In this document: positions 50,493 to 59,380 of the stretch, piece after piece | Layout: the number at the start of each line of letters is the position of its first letter | Numbering within the stretch: position 1 is the first letter of the stretch | IMG/VR virus record: IMGVR_UViG_3300017971_006749 | DNA: 64,000 nucleotides | Reading direction: 5' to 3' (one strand) | Source of the DNA: an uncultured virus (IMG/VR IMGVR_UViG_3300017971_006749) | Lineage: Duplodnaviria > Heunggongvirae > Uroviricota > Caudoviricetes | Program-made: the position numbers and the translations under genes | The notes under the pieces: generated by a model | Seen by the model: the letters and a program-made list of their open reading frames with translations, nothing else | Database searches by the model: none | Told to the model about the DNA's origin: nothing

Positions 50493-51650
50493 CTACACTC
50501 TCATGGGCATAATAACACACATATAATCCTGCTGGTCCTGATCTTCTTCCTGCGGCATTACAAGGACAGGACTCAGGGAATCTCTAAGCTTGAGAAGAAC
50601 CTCATCCGATTCGATGTTTCGCAGTACATCCATGACAAAACGGGCATTGAAGGCTATCTCAACACTGCTCCCTATGTTCTTCACTTCCATTTGCTCCTGC
50701 GCTTCGCCCAGTTCTGGCGTGCTGGCGGATACATTAAGCTCAGTTTCTTTGGCTTCCATTCTTACAGAAGGAGTCTTGGGATTCGCCAGTAGCGATACTC
50801 GTCTGATAACGGACAAAAGCTGTTCCGTCCCGGCTACCAGATCTATCTCATTGCTTATGGCCGGAGCCATTACCGCTTCGTAGTCCGGGTATTCACCCTC
50901 AATCAATCTGGAGATAAGCGTTATGTTTTCTGTAGCGAATGCAATTTGGTTCTCCAGAATAGCGATCTTCACATCCTCATCAGCCGTAAAGGTTCTGGAT
51001 ATGTTATTGATGGCTTTGGTGGGGATAATGACACCTATTTCTTCCTCTACGGAGTTTGGCTGATTCTGAGTCACAACAGCCAACCTTCTACCATCTGTGG
51101 CTACCATCTTTATGAAATCAGAATTCATACGTAGATAAATCCCATTCAGAAAATGCCGAGTTTCTTCTGTAGAGACCGCAAATTCCGTCTTCCTAATCAT
51201 ACGACGCAGGACACCGGAGTTCACCACCAGGAAATCATCTCCGATTTCAGGTAAAGAAGGGAATTCCTCATCAGTCAGGCCCACAATTCTGAATCTAGTG
51301 CTTTCGCAGTTGAGTTCTACCCTGTCATTGGCCAGAGTCGTCAGCTTAACTTTGGCCGCCTCGCCTGAATTTGAAGTGGAAGGAAGCTCTCGTACTATGT
51401 CAACCAACTTCTTAGCGGGAACGGTTATGGACCCGGCTTCCACAATCTCACCTTTAACAGCGGCTTTCACGCCAACTTCCAGATCTGTTGCAGCTAATTG
51501 AATGTGATCATCCACTGCTCTGATCAGAACGTTTGACAAAATTGGTAATGTGTTTCTACTTGCTGCTACGTTACCGGCTATCTGCATAGCTTCCCATAAA
51601 TCTTCCCTCTCAAATATTAATTCCATAGCAAATCTCCCAGTGATTGACAA
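50493..51650 (-). CDS. dnaN: DNA polymerase III beta sliding clamp (likely start MELIF)
   Basis: LPILSNVLI, ATDLE, LNGIY, VATDGRRLA, SRLIEGEYPDY, IAFNARF, VIMPMR; full length. Confidence 0.97.
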   Translation of the reverse strand: MSITGRFAMELIFEREDLWEAMQIAGNVAASRNTLPILSNVLIRAVDDHIQLAATDLEVGVKAAVKGEIVEAGSITVPAKKLVDIVRELPSTSNSGEAAKVKLTTLANDRVELNCESTRFRIVGLTDEEFPSLPEIGDDFLVVNSGVLRRMIRKTEFAVSTEETRHFLNGIYLRMNSDFIKMVATDGRRLAVVTQNQPNSVEEEIGVIIPTKAINNISRTFTADEDVKIAILENQIAFATENITLISRLIEGEYPDYEAVMAPAISNEIDLVAGTEQLLSVIRRVSLLANPKTPSVRMEAKETELNVSASTPELGEAQEQMEVKNIGSSVEIAFNARFVMDVLRNIESDEVLLKLRDSLSPVLVMPQEEDQDQQDYMCVIMPMRV

Positions 51651-51734
51651 AGATCTTGCCAGATTGCATTATCCATAGAAAATAGTTTTTTTCCCTCCGG
51701 TTATAGTACCGGATCCGGTTACTCTATTACTACT

Positions 51735-51985
51735 CCTAATAAGTTTAAAATATAGTAGTAGTAGTAGTAGGCGATGTGGAAATGTGGATAACTCAACCGG
51801 ACGTAGACACTGTCTAGTCCGGACGTTGTGGATAACCAGTGGAAAGTTTTCCACAATTTTTCCACATTTCCACAGTGTGGAAAAGTTATCCACAACATTG
51901 CTCAAGTTATCCACCGGTTATCCACCGGTTGTCCACCGGTTATCCACCGGTTGTCCACCGGTTATCCACCGGTTATCCACCGGTT
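51735..51985. promoter_or_regulatory. Bacterial chromosomal replication origin (oriC)
   Basis: Between dnaA and dnaN. Perfect DnaA boxes at 51783-91, 51827-35 and 51886-94 plus several near-matches; six TAG DnaA-trios at 51753-70; GC spacer and AT-rich tract. Confidence 0.9.
51906..51982 (+). repeat. Seven tandem 11 bp DnaA-box-like repeats
   Basis: GTT(A/G)TCCACCG x7. Confidence 0.93.
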
Positions 51986-52044
51986 TCTTGTCTTCACCAG
52001 TATTGTCAGCAAAAATGGCTATTATAGCCTTATGTCATCAGCCT

Positions 52045-52247
52045 CTAGCTCTCTTTGACTTCCTCCATGAGTTGATCTATCGTCTTTGCAAATCCCGGAT
52101 CATTTTGCATGGCTTCGTCGATCTTATTGCAGGCATGCATAACCGTTGTATGATCCTTTCTGCCAAAATCCCTTCCTACGTCTATCAGAGACAGGTTTGT
52201 AAGACGACGACAGAGATACATAGCCACGTGTCTTGGCAGAGTCAGAA
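52045..52247 (-). pseudogene. dnaA: dnaA 3' fragment (domain IV)
   Basis: [40 protein letters not shown]; in-frame TAG immediately upstream, rest of dnaA absent. Confidence 0.92.
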
Positions 52248-52317
52248 TCTATAATTGAAACCGACCCCGAAATAACCTTATTATCTAAATCCATTTTACA
52301 TTCCTCCATAATTATAT

Positions 52318-52887
52318 CTAATCTGAACTATAGTTATACCCTGCTGTATAACCACGTTCATATATCTCTCGATATATTTCACTGGTAGACTCGCCTTTAG
52401 TATATGGTGCTAACAGTACTTTTCCACCATAGCTCTCAACAGCTTTTTTCTCATCTTCATCTAGTCTCTCTATAGTATAGTCTCCACCTTTGATATAGTA
52501 ATCTGGCTTTATGGTTTTTATACAGTTCGTTGCTGTAGATTCATTATAGATTATTACATGATCAACATCCCTAAAAGAAGCTAACATGGTCGCTCTGTTC
52601 ATTTCAGTATTGATTAGTGGATGAAGTTTATCAAGATTCTTCGTTGATTCATCACTATTGATTCCAACTATGGTATGACCATGCTTTCGACAATAACTAA
52701 GCAATTCTAAATGACCTAAATGTAAAATATCAAAAACTCCATTTGTCCATACTCGTTTATGACTATCTGAATCCATACTCAACATCATCAATAAAGCCCA
52801 ATTCTCTAATCTAGTAGAAGTCATTTCTTCACATACTATTTTACCTGACTTCTCATTCGATTTCACATAGTGTATCAATTTATACAT
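52318..52887 (-). CDS. HldC/RfaE domain II-like nucleotidyltransferase
   Basis: WTNGVFDILHLGH, VGINSDES, KPDYYIKGGDY, STSEI. Confidence 0.88.
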   Translation of the reverse strand: MYKLIHYVKSNEKSGKIVCEEMTSTRLENWALLMMLSMDSDSHKRVWTNGVFDILHLGHLELLSYCRKHGHTIVGINSDESTKNLDKLHPLINTEMNRATMLASFRDVDHVIIYNESTATNCIKTIKPDYYIKGGDYTIERLDEDEKKAVESYGGKVLLAPYTKGESTSEIYREIYERGYTAGYNYSSD

Positions 52888-52892
52888 TTTTA

Positions 52893-53849
52893 TTATACCT
52901 TTGGTATTGATGGAAATTCTCCCCATATCCAATCTATTTTCAGATAAAGTTCTGTATTGAAATACTTGAAGAAATCCCATATTAGCTTCGTATTATGTAT
53001 ACCATTCCGTTTGCTCTGCTGGTCATGACCATTCATCAGCCGTTCACACATCCTCTGCCCCCAATAACGTCTATGGATGGTATGAAGTATATCACCATTT
53101 TGATGTATACCTATATGTTTCTTTTTACCTATCATACGTTCCTGTAGCTTTACATGATTATTCTGTACAAATACCCATTGAGTCGATGGCAACGGATATA
53201 CGTCTTTAATCATGCCTGTCTGAAGTAATGTAAGATTTACCGGATGCATATCGCCTGTAGTTTCACGTCCATAGGTAGGATGGTATTTCTTAGGATTCAT
53301 AGCATATTCAGGTATCAATGGAAATAGCTCTTTAGCTCGTCTGCCTGTAATAAAATAGGGATTACTGTATAGTGGTGGATTCTTACTCATAGCTCTATCA
53401 TCATCATAATTAAACCACATAGCATCTGACCAGTCATTACCTGCCAGTCCTATCATATCAGACCTAGCTATCATATCGAACCATCTGGTGAAATTACTGA
53501 CTATAATTCTATCAGCATCAAGTATACAAATAGCATCATAATCTGATAATTTATCTACAGGATACCACCATCTGGCAAACTTCATGCTGGATTTGCTATG
53601 CTTCTTCTGCTCTTGCCAATATTCATTACGACATTCTTCGTAATACTCATTGATATTCACAGGATGAAAAAACGACCCAAAAGCTATCCTAGCCTCCTGA
53701 ATATATCTACTATTTTCAGGAATAGAATGCACTAAATGAAATTCTACATTATCAGAAAGACCATAATATTTCATGCCATTTAACATTGCATTATAACCCG
53801 CTAGGAATCTTTCATCAGCAGTTACCACTATAGCAAATTTACCATTCAT
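52893..53849 (-). CDS. GT-A glycosyltransferase-like protein (GT8-like), paralog 3
   Basis: TADERFLAG, KFARW, LDADR, TIHRRYW. Confidence 0.65.
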   Translation of the reverse strand: MNGKFAIVVTADERFLAGYNAMLNGMKYYGLSDNVEFHLVHSIPENSRYIQEARIAFGSFFHPVNINEYYEECRNEYWQEQKKHSKSSMKFARWWYPVDKLSDYDAICILDADRIIVSNFTRWFDMIARSDMIGLAGNDWSDAMWFNYDDDRAMSKNPPLYSNPYFITGRRAKELFPLIPEYAMNPKKYHPTYGRETTGDMHPVNLTLLQTGMIKDVYPLPSTQWVFVQNNHVKLQERMIGKKKHIGIHQNGDILHTIHRRYWGQRMCERLMNGHDQQSKRNGIHNTKLIWDFFKYFNTELYLKIDWIWGEFPSIPKV

Positions 53850-54130
53850 GTCGTTTTCCTCTCTTCTTTATTTTTGGAGTATTAGACCAGATAGCTGCTA
53901 TACAGGTCATAATAAGTGGTATTCCAATAACTGTGAATATTACAGCCAATATTCCAAATAAATGTTCATACCATGTCATCCTATCATCATCACCTTTAAT
54001 TTGCGCTCTATGCGATTTGTTCTTCCGTATGTATAATATATCACAAAACTATATGAAACCCCTTAGAAACGAAATTTGCCCTACTCAACAGCTTATTAAA
54101 CATAATATTACCACAGCTATTCTTTAATTA

Positions 54131-54616
54131 CTATCTCCTAACTATCCACATTTTACATGCCCGTACAGGAGCAGTCTCAACATTCATCTCATCATAATAC
54201 CTATCCACTGCTTTCTTCACACCCGGAAACCTTCTATTTTGATAATCATGACCACAGATAATTCCACCTTTTCTAACTTTAGGTGTCCATAGATGTATAT
54301 CTCTATCAACTGATTCTTCATCATGTAAACCGTCTATAAATATCAAGTCAAATTTATTGGTATTACTGTAGAAATATACAGCCGCTTCTTTAGATGTCAT
54401 CTCGTAAAGTTTAGCTTCTGGATGTCTGGAACAGAAGTCGTATATACCATACTGATTATTCAATGCAGGATCGACTAAGACATAACTATCAAGGTCGCAA
54501 TTCTCCATTACAGGAATAGCTGTCTCACCCTTGCAAACACCTATCTCTCCTATTTTCTTATAGCCATATTTGTTGATTAAATCTATAATGACCTGCGCCC
54601 GTTGCGTTATTCTCAT
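54131..54616 (-). CDS. Class I SAM methyltransferase (Methyltransf_24-like)
   Basis: EIGVCKG, FDLIFIDGLH, GGIICGHDY, GVKKAVD. Confidence 0.88.
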   Translation of the reverse strand: MRITQRAQVIIDLINKYGYKKIGEIGVCKGETAIPVMENCDLDSYVLVDPALNNQYGIYDFCSRHPEAKLYEMTSKEAAVYFYSNTNKFDLIFIDGLHDEESVDRDIHLWTPKVRKGGIICGHDYQNRRFPGVKKAVDRYYDEMNVETAPVRACKMWIVRR

Positions 54617-54624
54617 ATCCCCTC

Positions 54625-55098
54625 CTAACCCAATATATTATGATCATCATGATATGTTTCAGTGTCATTAGTGACATTCATATAATCTTTAGTATTGATG
54701 CCATACTTCTTAACCAGTTGATAAAATTTCGTCTGACCATAAGGGCTGGCCTGTATAGCAGACACAACAGTAGGATTTTCAATAAGACAATTGATAATCA
54801 CTTCCTTCTCTGATTTCAATCGCTGCTTCATTTTTTCAACTAATGGTGAGATAATATCAGGTTTTTTATTCTCTTTCTTCTCCAATGGTTCGGTCATATC
54901 TCTGAGAATAGTCTTAGCTGTACGACTGGCTATCAATTCCTTCTCAGGATGTGCTATTAAAATCCTAGTTCTTTGAAGTTTAGTCCGAATATACCTACCA
55001 TTACTCTCAATAGGCTCTACTGCTATGATAGCATCTGCATTTACCCACCTATCATGTCCCAACGAAATCATACGTCTTATACCAATTCGTTTAGCCAT
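54625..55098 (-). CDS. Hypothetical, RemA/LytTR-like N-terminus with C-terminal HTH
   Basis: MISLGHDRWVNADAIIAV...LIASRTAKTI. Confidence 0.4.
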   Translation of the reverse strand: MAKRIGIRRMISLGHDRWVNADAIIAVEPIESNGRYIRTKLQRTRILIAHPEKELIASRTAKTILRDMTEPLEKKENKKPDIISPLVEKMKQRLKSEKEVIINCLIENPTVVSAIQASPYGQTKFYQLVKKYGINTKDYMNVTNDTETYHDDHNILG

Positions 55099-55109
55099 TA
55101 TACACCTCC

Positions 55110-56141
55110 CTAATCAAACATGATTCCATGATCATTTTTTAATATCTCATACTCACTCTTAAACCAATTCACCGTCTTATGTATACCATCTTCCAAAGAC
55201 CATTGTGGTATCCAGCTCAATAACGTTCCTGCCTTATTTATATCTGCATAAGTAGCCCACACATCACCAGCTTGCGACTCTACATTATTAACCTCAATAC
55301 TTTTTTTAGCTAAATGATACATAATACAATTTATCAAAGTATTTAATGATAAAGGATTGCCCGACCCCAAGTTAATGATCTCATAACCTTCAATATCTCG
55401 TAAAGCTAAAAGACCATCTATTATATCATCAATATAAGTAAAGTCTCTAAGTTGTTTCCCATCTCCATATACGTCAATACTCTTACCATTCATCAGTCTT
55501 TGTATGAATTTGAAATAAGCCATATCAGGCCTTCCTGCTGGTCCATACACAGTAAAGAATCTGGGAATTATCACATCATATCCATATAATTGTTGATAAG
55601 TATATCCAGCTAATTCCATAGCTATCTTGGTCATTGCATAAGGCGATGATGGCCTATCTGTCTTGTCTGATTCCGAACATGGAATAGGATCAACCATAGA
55701 AGGAGATTTATTCATAGCACCTTCGCCATAAATACTTGAAGAACTTGCTAAGATAACTTTCTTTATTCCATGCTCTCCTCCTTGCCTTAAAACAGTGATA
55801 CTGCCTACGATATTATTGTGTATATATTTATATGGGTCTTCAATACTCTTTCTGACCCCCGGTATGGCTGCTAAATGATATATAGCATCAACATCTAAAG
55901 GAATATATAGCCATGTTTGGAGGTTACATATATCAGCATCCACCCACCATAACGAGCCATCTAAAACCCATTTCTTCAATTTATTATGTCTATATTGCTT
56001 TAACCTGCTATCATAATAATCATTAAAATTATCTACTCCTACTACTTCATGACCTTCTTCCAGTAATCGTTTAGTTAGATGATAGCCTATGAATCCTGTA
56101 TAACCTGTTACTAAATATCTTGACATAATCCCTCCAACCAC
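55110..56141 (-). CDS. NAD-dependent epimerase, UDP-glucuronate 4-epimerase-like
   Basis: TGYTGFIG, HLAA.PGVR.S, ASSSSIYG, YAMTK, RFFTVYGPAGRPDMA. Confidence 0.9.
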   Translation of the reverse strand: MVGGIMSRYLVTGYTGFIGYHLTKRLLEEGHEVVGVDNFNDYYDSRLKQYRHNKLKKWVLDGSLWWVDADICNLQTWLYIPLDVDAIYHLAAIPGVRKSIEDPYKYIHNNIVGSITVLRQGGEHGIKKVILASSSSIYGEGAMNKSPSMVDPIPCSESDKTDRPSSPYAMTKIAMELAGYTYQQLYGYDVIIPRFFTVYGPAGRPDMAYFKFIQRLMNGKSIDVYGDGKQLRDFTYIDDIIDGLLALRDIEGYEIINLGSGNPLSLNTLINCIMYHLAKKSIEVNNVESQAGDVWATYADINKAGTLLSWIPQWSLEDGIHKTVNWFKSEYEILKNDHGIMFD

Positions 56142-56908
56142 TTCAATATACTACCACACTCATAATCCATCACATCAACTGATTGAATACGTTCATCAGT
56201 CGTATACGTCCTCAGGGGATGACTTCTCTCTAAATACATGGTTCTCTCTGGCATAATAGACATAGCTGCTACCAGTGGTCCCGAAGCTACTCCTATGAAA
56301 GCATGACACCGTTGAATTAAGCCAAATAGATTCTGTAATGTAGCTCTATAATTCCTCACTGATAAATCTATCCAATTAAACTTAACATTGGCTTTATTGT
56401 GGAAAACATGCTGAAAGTGTACCTCAATAGGTATTAACCCAAAATCCTTTACTTCTTGCCATACCTGTTTAGCTATCTTCTCTGGACAATTTACCGAATT
56501 AGGTAATGCTGTACCATGAAAGTGTAAAGCTACTAAGGGAGATGGTAATTGAGGCAATATAACAAGTTCTGGTATTCCTATAAGACACTCAAATGGTATA
56601 CCTATCTCATCCAATCCACACTTATGTTGTTTAAGTAAATCAGTGCCTTCAGACATAGGAAAATGAATTATAAAAATTATATCATATCCAGATGGTTCTA
56701 ATTCATCCACTGAGTCCCATATTTCTTCTTGTCCACATTCAACATATAGGTCAAAAATGGATTTTGGATAAGAACTCCTAAGCCAATCAAGTAATGGCAT
56801 AAACATTATACTATCACCTGCGCCATGGCCGAAACGTAATAAATATCTGCCATTTGGCTGTATATAGTCAAGTAATTTCTTATCTTTATACTGGTCAACA
56901 ATTATCAT
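56111..56908 (-). CDS. GT9-like glycosyltransferase
   Basis: HGAGDSIMFMP; LIQRCHAFIGVASGP. Confidence 0.7.
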   Translation of the reverse strand: MIIVDQYKDKKLLDYIQPNGRYLLRFGHGAGDSIMFMPLLDWLRSSYPKSIFDLYVECGQEEIWDSVDELEPSGYDIIFIIHFPMSEGTDLLKQHKCGLDEIGIPFECLIGIPELVILPQLPSPLVALHFHGTALPNSVNCPEKIAKQVWQEVKDFGLIPIEVHFQHVFHNKANVKFNWIDLSVRNYRATLQNLFGLIQRCHAFIGVASGPLVAAMSIMPERTMYLERSHPLRTYTTDERIQSVDVMDYECGSILKWLEGLCQDI

Positions 56909-57138
56909 TTTTCATATCCAATCTTTGGCTTCCAGTTCTTATCCAATATAGGCTCTAAAACTCTCTGCCAATCATCACTAGCAGCACACTTGATATAGGT
57001 ACATCGCCAATGCCAATTATCGCCATCTAACATCTCAACATATATATATCGTTTCCAACCTCTTTTGAGACATAGAGGACATAAATATTTAGTTTCTAAT
57101 TCATCATTCCTTATCTTCATAATATCCATCCAATTCAT
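56905..57138 (-). CDS. Hypothetical Zn-finger protein
   Basis: CPLC...C....C. Confidence 0.45.
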   Translation of the reverse strand: MNWMDIMKIRNDELETKYLCPLCLKRGWKRYIYVEMLDGDNWHWRCTYIKCAASDDWQRVLEPILDKNWKPKIGYEK

Positions 57139-57239
57139 GTATTCCTAACATACGAAACATCTGTTCATTAAACTTATCCAATTGTTTTCCTGCCTGATAG
57201 CCCTGTATTAAATGCCCTATACTGACTAGTACCAAAAGG

Positions 57240-57464
57240 CTATTTTTTCTTTTTCAGATCCGGTTCTTGATCGCCGTAGAGTAATTCATATGTAGAGACA
57301 CCTAAAACTAAGCTGAGCTTGACACCGAGTTCCAGCGATATGCCTCGACGGTTTTTTTCCATCTCGCAGATTCTCGGCTGTGGTATATCCACCGCTGCCG
57401 CCAATTCTTTCTGAGTAAATCCGGCCGCCAACCGCGCCTCTTTCAAATTATAATTGTAGTGCAT
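57240..57464 (-). CDS. XRE-family HTH regulator
   Basis: LKEARLAAGFTQKELA...ICEMEKN. Confidence 0.85.
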   Translation of the reverse strand: MHYNYNLKEARLAAGFTQKELAAAVDIPQPRICEMEKNRRGISLELGVKLSLVLGVSTYELLYGDQEPDLKKKK

Positions 57465-57465
57465 T

Positions 57466-57939
57466 TCATATCTCCAATATATCTATATTATACAATACAT
57501 CTCCTATAGTCATTATCTGTTCAGTAGTCAATGGCTCTATATCATATTTATTGAGAAAAAAGTCTGTTAATTCATCCATATCTAAATGCCTATTATTGAT
57601 ACTGCATCGTGGTGGACTCCATCGCATCAGGTAAAATCCTTCGTAATGATAACTATCAGGATCACCTTTTCTTAACAAGCCATCTATCAGAGCATATATC
57701 CTACGTTGACCATAATCCATCTGAGCATTGCCTTGTTTGATCTCAATTATCTTGAACTTACCATTTGCTCGTGGATTTCTATCTATATGCTTGCCGAATA
57801 ATGTCGTGACCAAATCAATATCCTCTACTGATAAACCAGCTACTTGTGGAAACGGCATCTCTGGAAATTCACCTCTAAACCACCGTCTCCAAGGTAACTC
57901 TTGATATAGGTCTGGATTTCTAAATATATATTTATTCAT
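57466..57939 (-). CDS. Hypothetical, PD-(D/E)xK nuclease-like
   Basis: DIDL...IIEIK...GQ. Confidence 0.5.
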   Translation of the reverse strand: MNKYIFRNPDLYQELPWRRWFRGEFPEMPFPQVAGLSVEDIDLVTTLFGKHIDRNPRANGKFKIIEIKQGNAQMDYGQRRIYALIDGLLRKGDPDSYHYEGFYLMRWSPPRCSINNRHLDMDELTDFFLNKYDIEPLTTEQIMTIGDVLYNIDILEI

Positions 57940-58681
57940 GCCACCATTTTAATTCTGCTATACCATTATGTAACTTTATAAAAGGATAGCCATTTACGAA
58001 ACATTTAGTCCAAGTACCACAATTCATCACCACAATATTATCTATCAACCATGTTCCTGCTAAATGATGATGTCCATATATCACTATAGAACAGTTATGT
58101 TCCTTAGCTAATAAGGCCATCTCCTGATTGTAGTCTGCTACTCGTTTCTGTATCAGGTTATAAAGATATTCTAACCAAGTATCCATATCTTTATGTATGT
58201 ATTTCTCCATCAAGCCAACAACTTGAGTCACTATCCTGCCTAAACTAGTACCACACCTATTATATTTATCACACTGATGTCCATGTAATACTAAGATTCT
58301 TACTGAATTGCTAACGATTATATTGATATCAGGCTTTACCTGCCAATCAATAGTATCATCATGATTACCACGAACGAAATTAAATTTATCCCCTAATTTC
58401 CGCCATCGTCTGAATATGTCTTGATGCGCTTCCTTAATATCTTCTTGCTTACCTTGCCATAATTCAAGACCATCGCCTACTACCCAATGATTTCCCGACT
58501 GCTCCAAGAATGACAGATATGCTCTATCCGCATGAAAGTCCTCTGACTTATCATAGCCCAGGTGTAGATCACTTACGAAGTAATGAGGTAACTCGTTTAA
58601 TTGTTCAAGTCTGTCTAACGTTTCTCGTGATAGCATTGGATTCTCACATGATAATGTGGAGGCCTCTCTTAAGACCTCCAC
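57932..58681 (-). CDS. Calcineurin-like metallophosphoesterase (LpxH-like)
   Basis: SDLHLG, VGDGLELW, RGNHD, HGHQ, YGHHH, NCGTW. Confidence 0.85.
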   Translation of the reverse strand: MEVLREASTLSCENPMLSRETLDRLEQLNELPHYFVSDLHLGYDKSEDFHADRAYLSFLEQSGNHWVVGDGLELWQGKQEDIKEAHQDIFRRWRKLGDKFNFVRGNHDDTIDWQVKPDINIIVSNSVRILVLHGHQCDKYNRCGTSLGRIVTQVVGLMEKYIHKDMDTWLEYLYNLIQKRVADYNQEMALLAKEHNCSIVIYGHHHLAGTWLIDNIVVMNCGTWTKCFVNGYPFIKLHNGIAELKWWHE

Positions 58682-58807
58682 TGTGATGAAGCAAATAGTG
58701 TACTAGGTATTATATACAAATCTAATCCATCGGAATCATCTCCTATCTTTTGGAATAAGCGACTGACTCATCCATGCTTCGTTATAAGGACTTGCCACAC
58801 GTCGCTC

Positions 58808-59329
58808 CTAAAATCTTACTACCCATATCTTACACTCTTTCCTGCCAACAGGTATCAATTCAATATTATTACCAAATACCTCATCTACAGCTTCTTTAAC
58901 TCCTTCGCAATGAATTTGTCCATAATCATCGCCACATAGTATGCCACCATTCCTAACCTTTGGCTTCCACGACTCTATATCTGCTTTAACATTATCATAA
59001 TCGTGTAAAGCATCTATAAACACTAAATCTAATGATTGATTATCTATAACCTTTACTGCCATATCAGACCTTACAATCCAATACTGAATGTCTGTCTTAA
59101 TTTGCTTTCGTCTCTCAATTAACCATTCTGCAAAAGGATAATACTGAACAGGATCAATACAATAATATTCGTCTAATTCACAAGCCTCTAAAATATGTCT
59201 GGCTGTCTTGCCATGATAGACCCCTATCTCTGCTATTTTTCTATAATTATTAGTTTTAATTAAGTCTATCAATACCTGCCAACGATTCATGTCTAATTCC
59301 ATAAAAATAGGAGCATCGCCCAAAATCAA
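58808..59329 (-). CDS. Class I SAM methyltransferase (Methyltransf_24-like), paralog of 54131-54616
   Basis: EIGVYHG, DLVFIDALH, GGILCGDDY, GVKEAVD. Confidence 0.88.
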   Translation of the reverse strand: MILGDAPIFMELDMNRWQVLIDLIKTNNYRKIAEIGVYHGKTARHILEACELDEYYCIDPVQYYPFAEWLIERRKQIKTDIQYWIVRSDMAVKVIDNQSLDLVFIDALHDYDNVKADIESWKPKVRNGGILCGDDYGQIHCEGVKEAVDEVFGNNIELIPVGRKECKIWVVRF

Positions 59330-59380
59330 GTCCCACCTCCGCAGATAAAACTCGAAATCTACGACGATGCTCCTTGTAGT

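Noticed and set aside
49811..52247. dnaA-dnaN-recF as the prophage integration boundary
   Set aside because: Both outer genes are truncated at their outer ends, phage-type genes continue on both sides, and no integrase or att repeat is visible
51669..52254. Several short ORFs across the origin (81, 156, 76 and 62 aa)
   Set aside because: Spurious frames created by DnaA-box repeats in non-coding oriC
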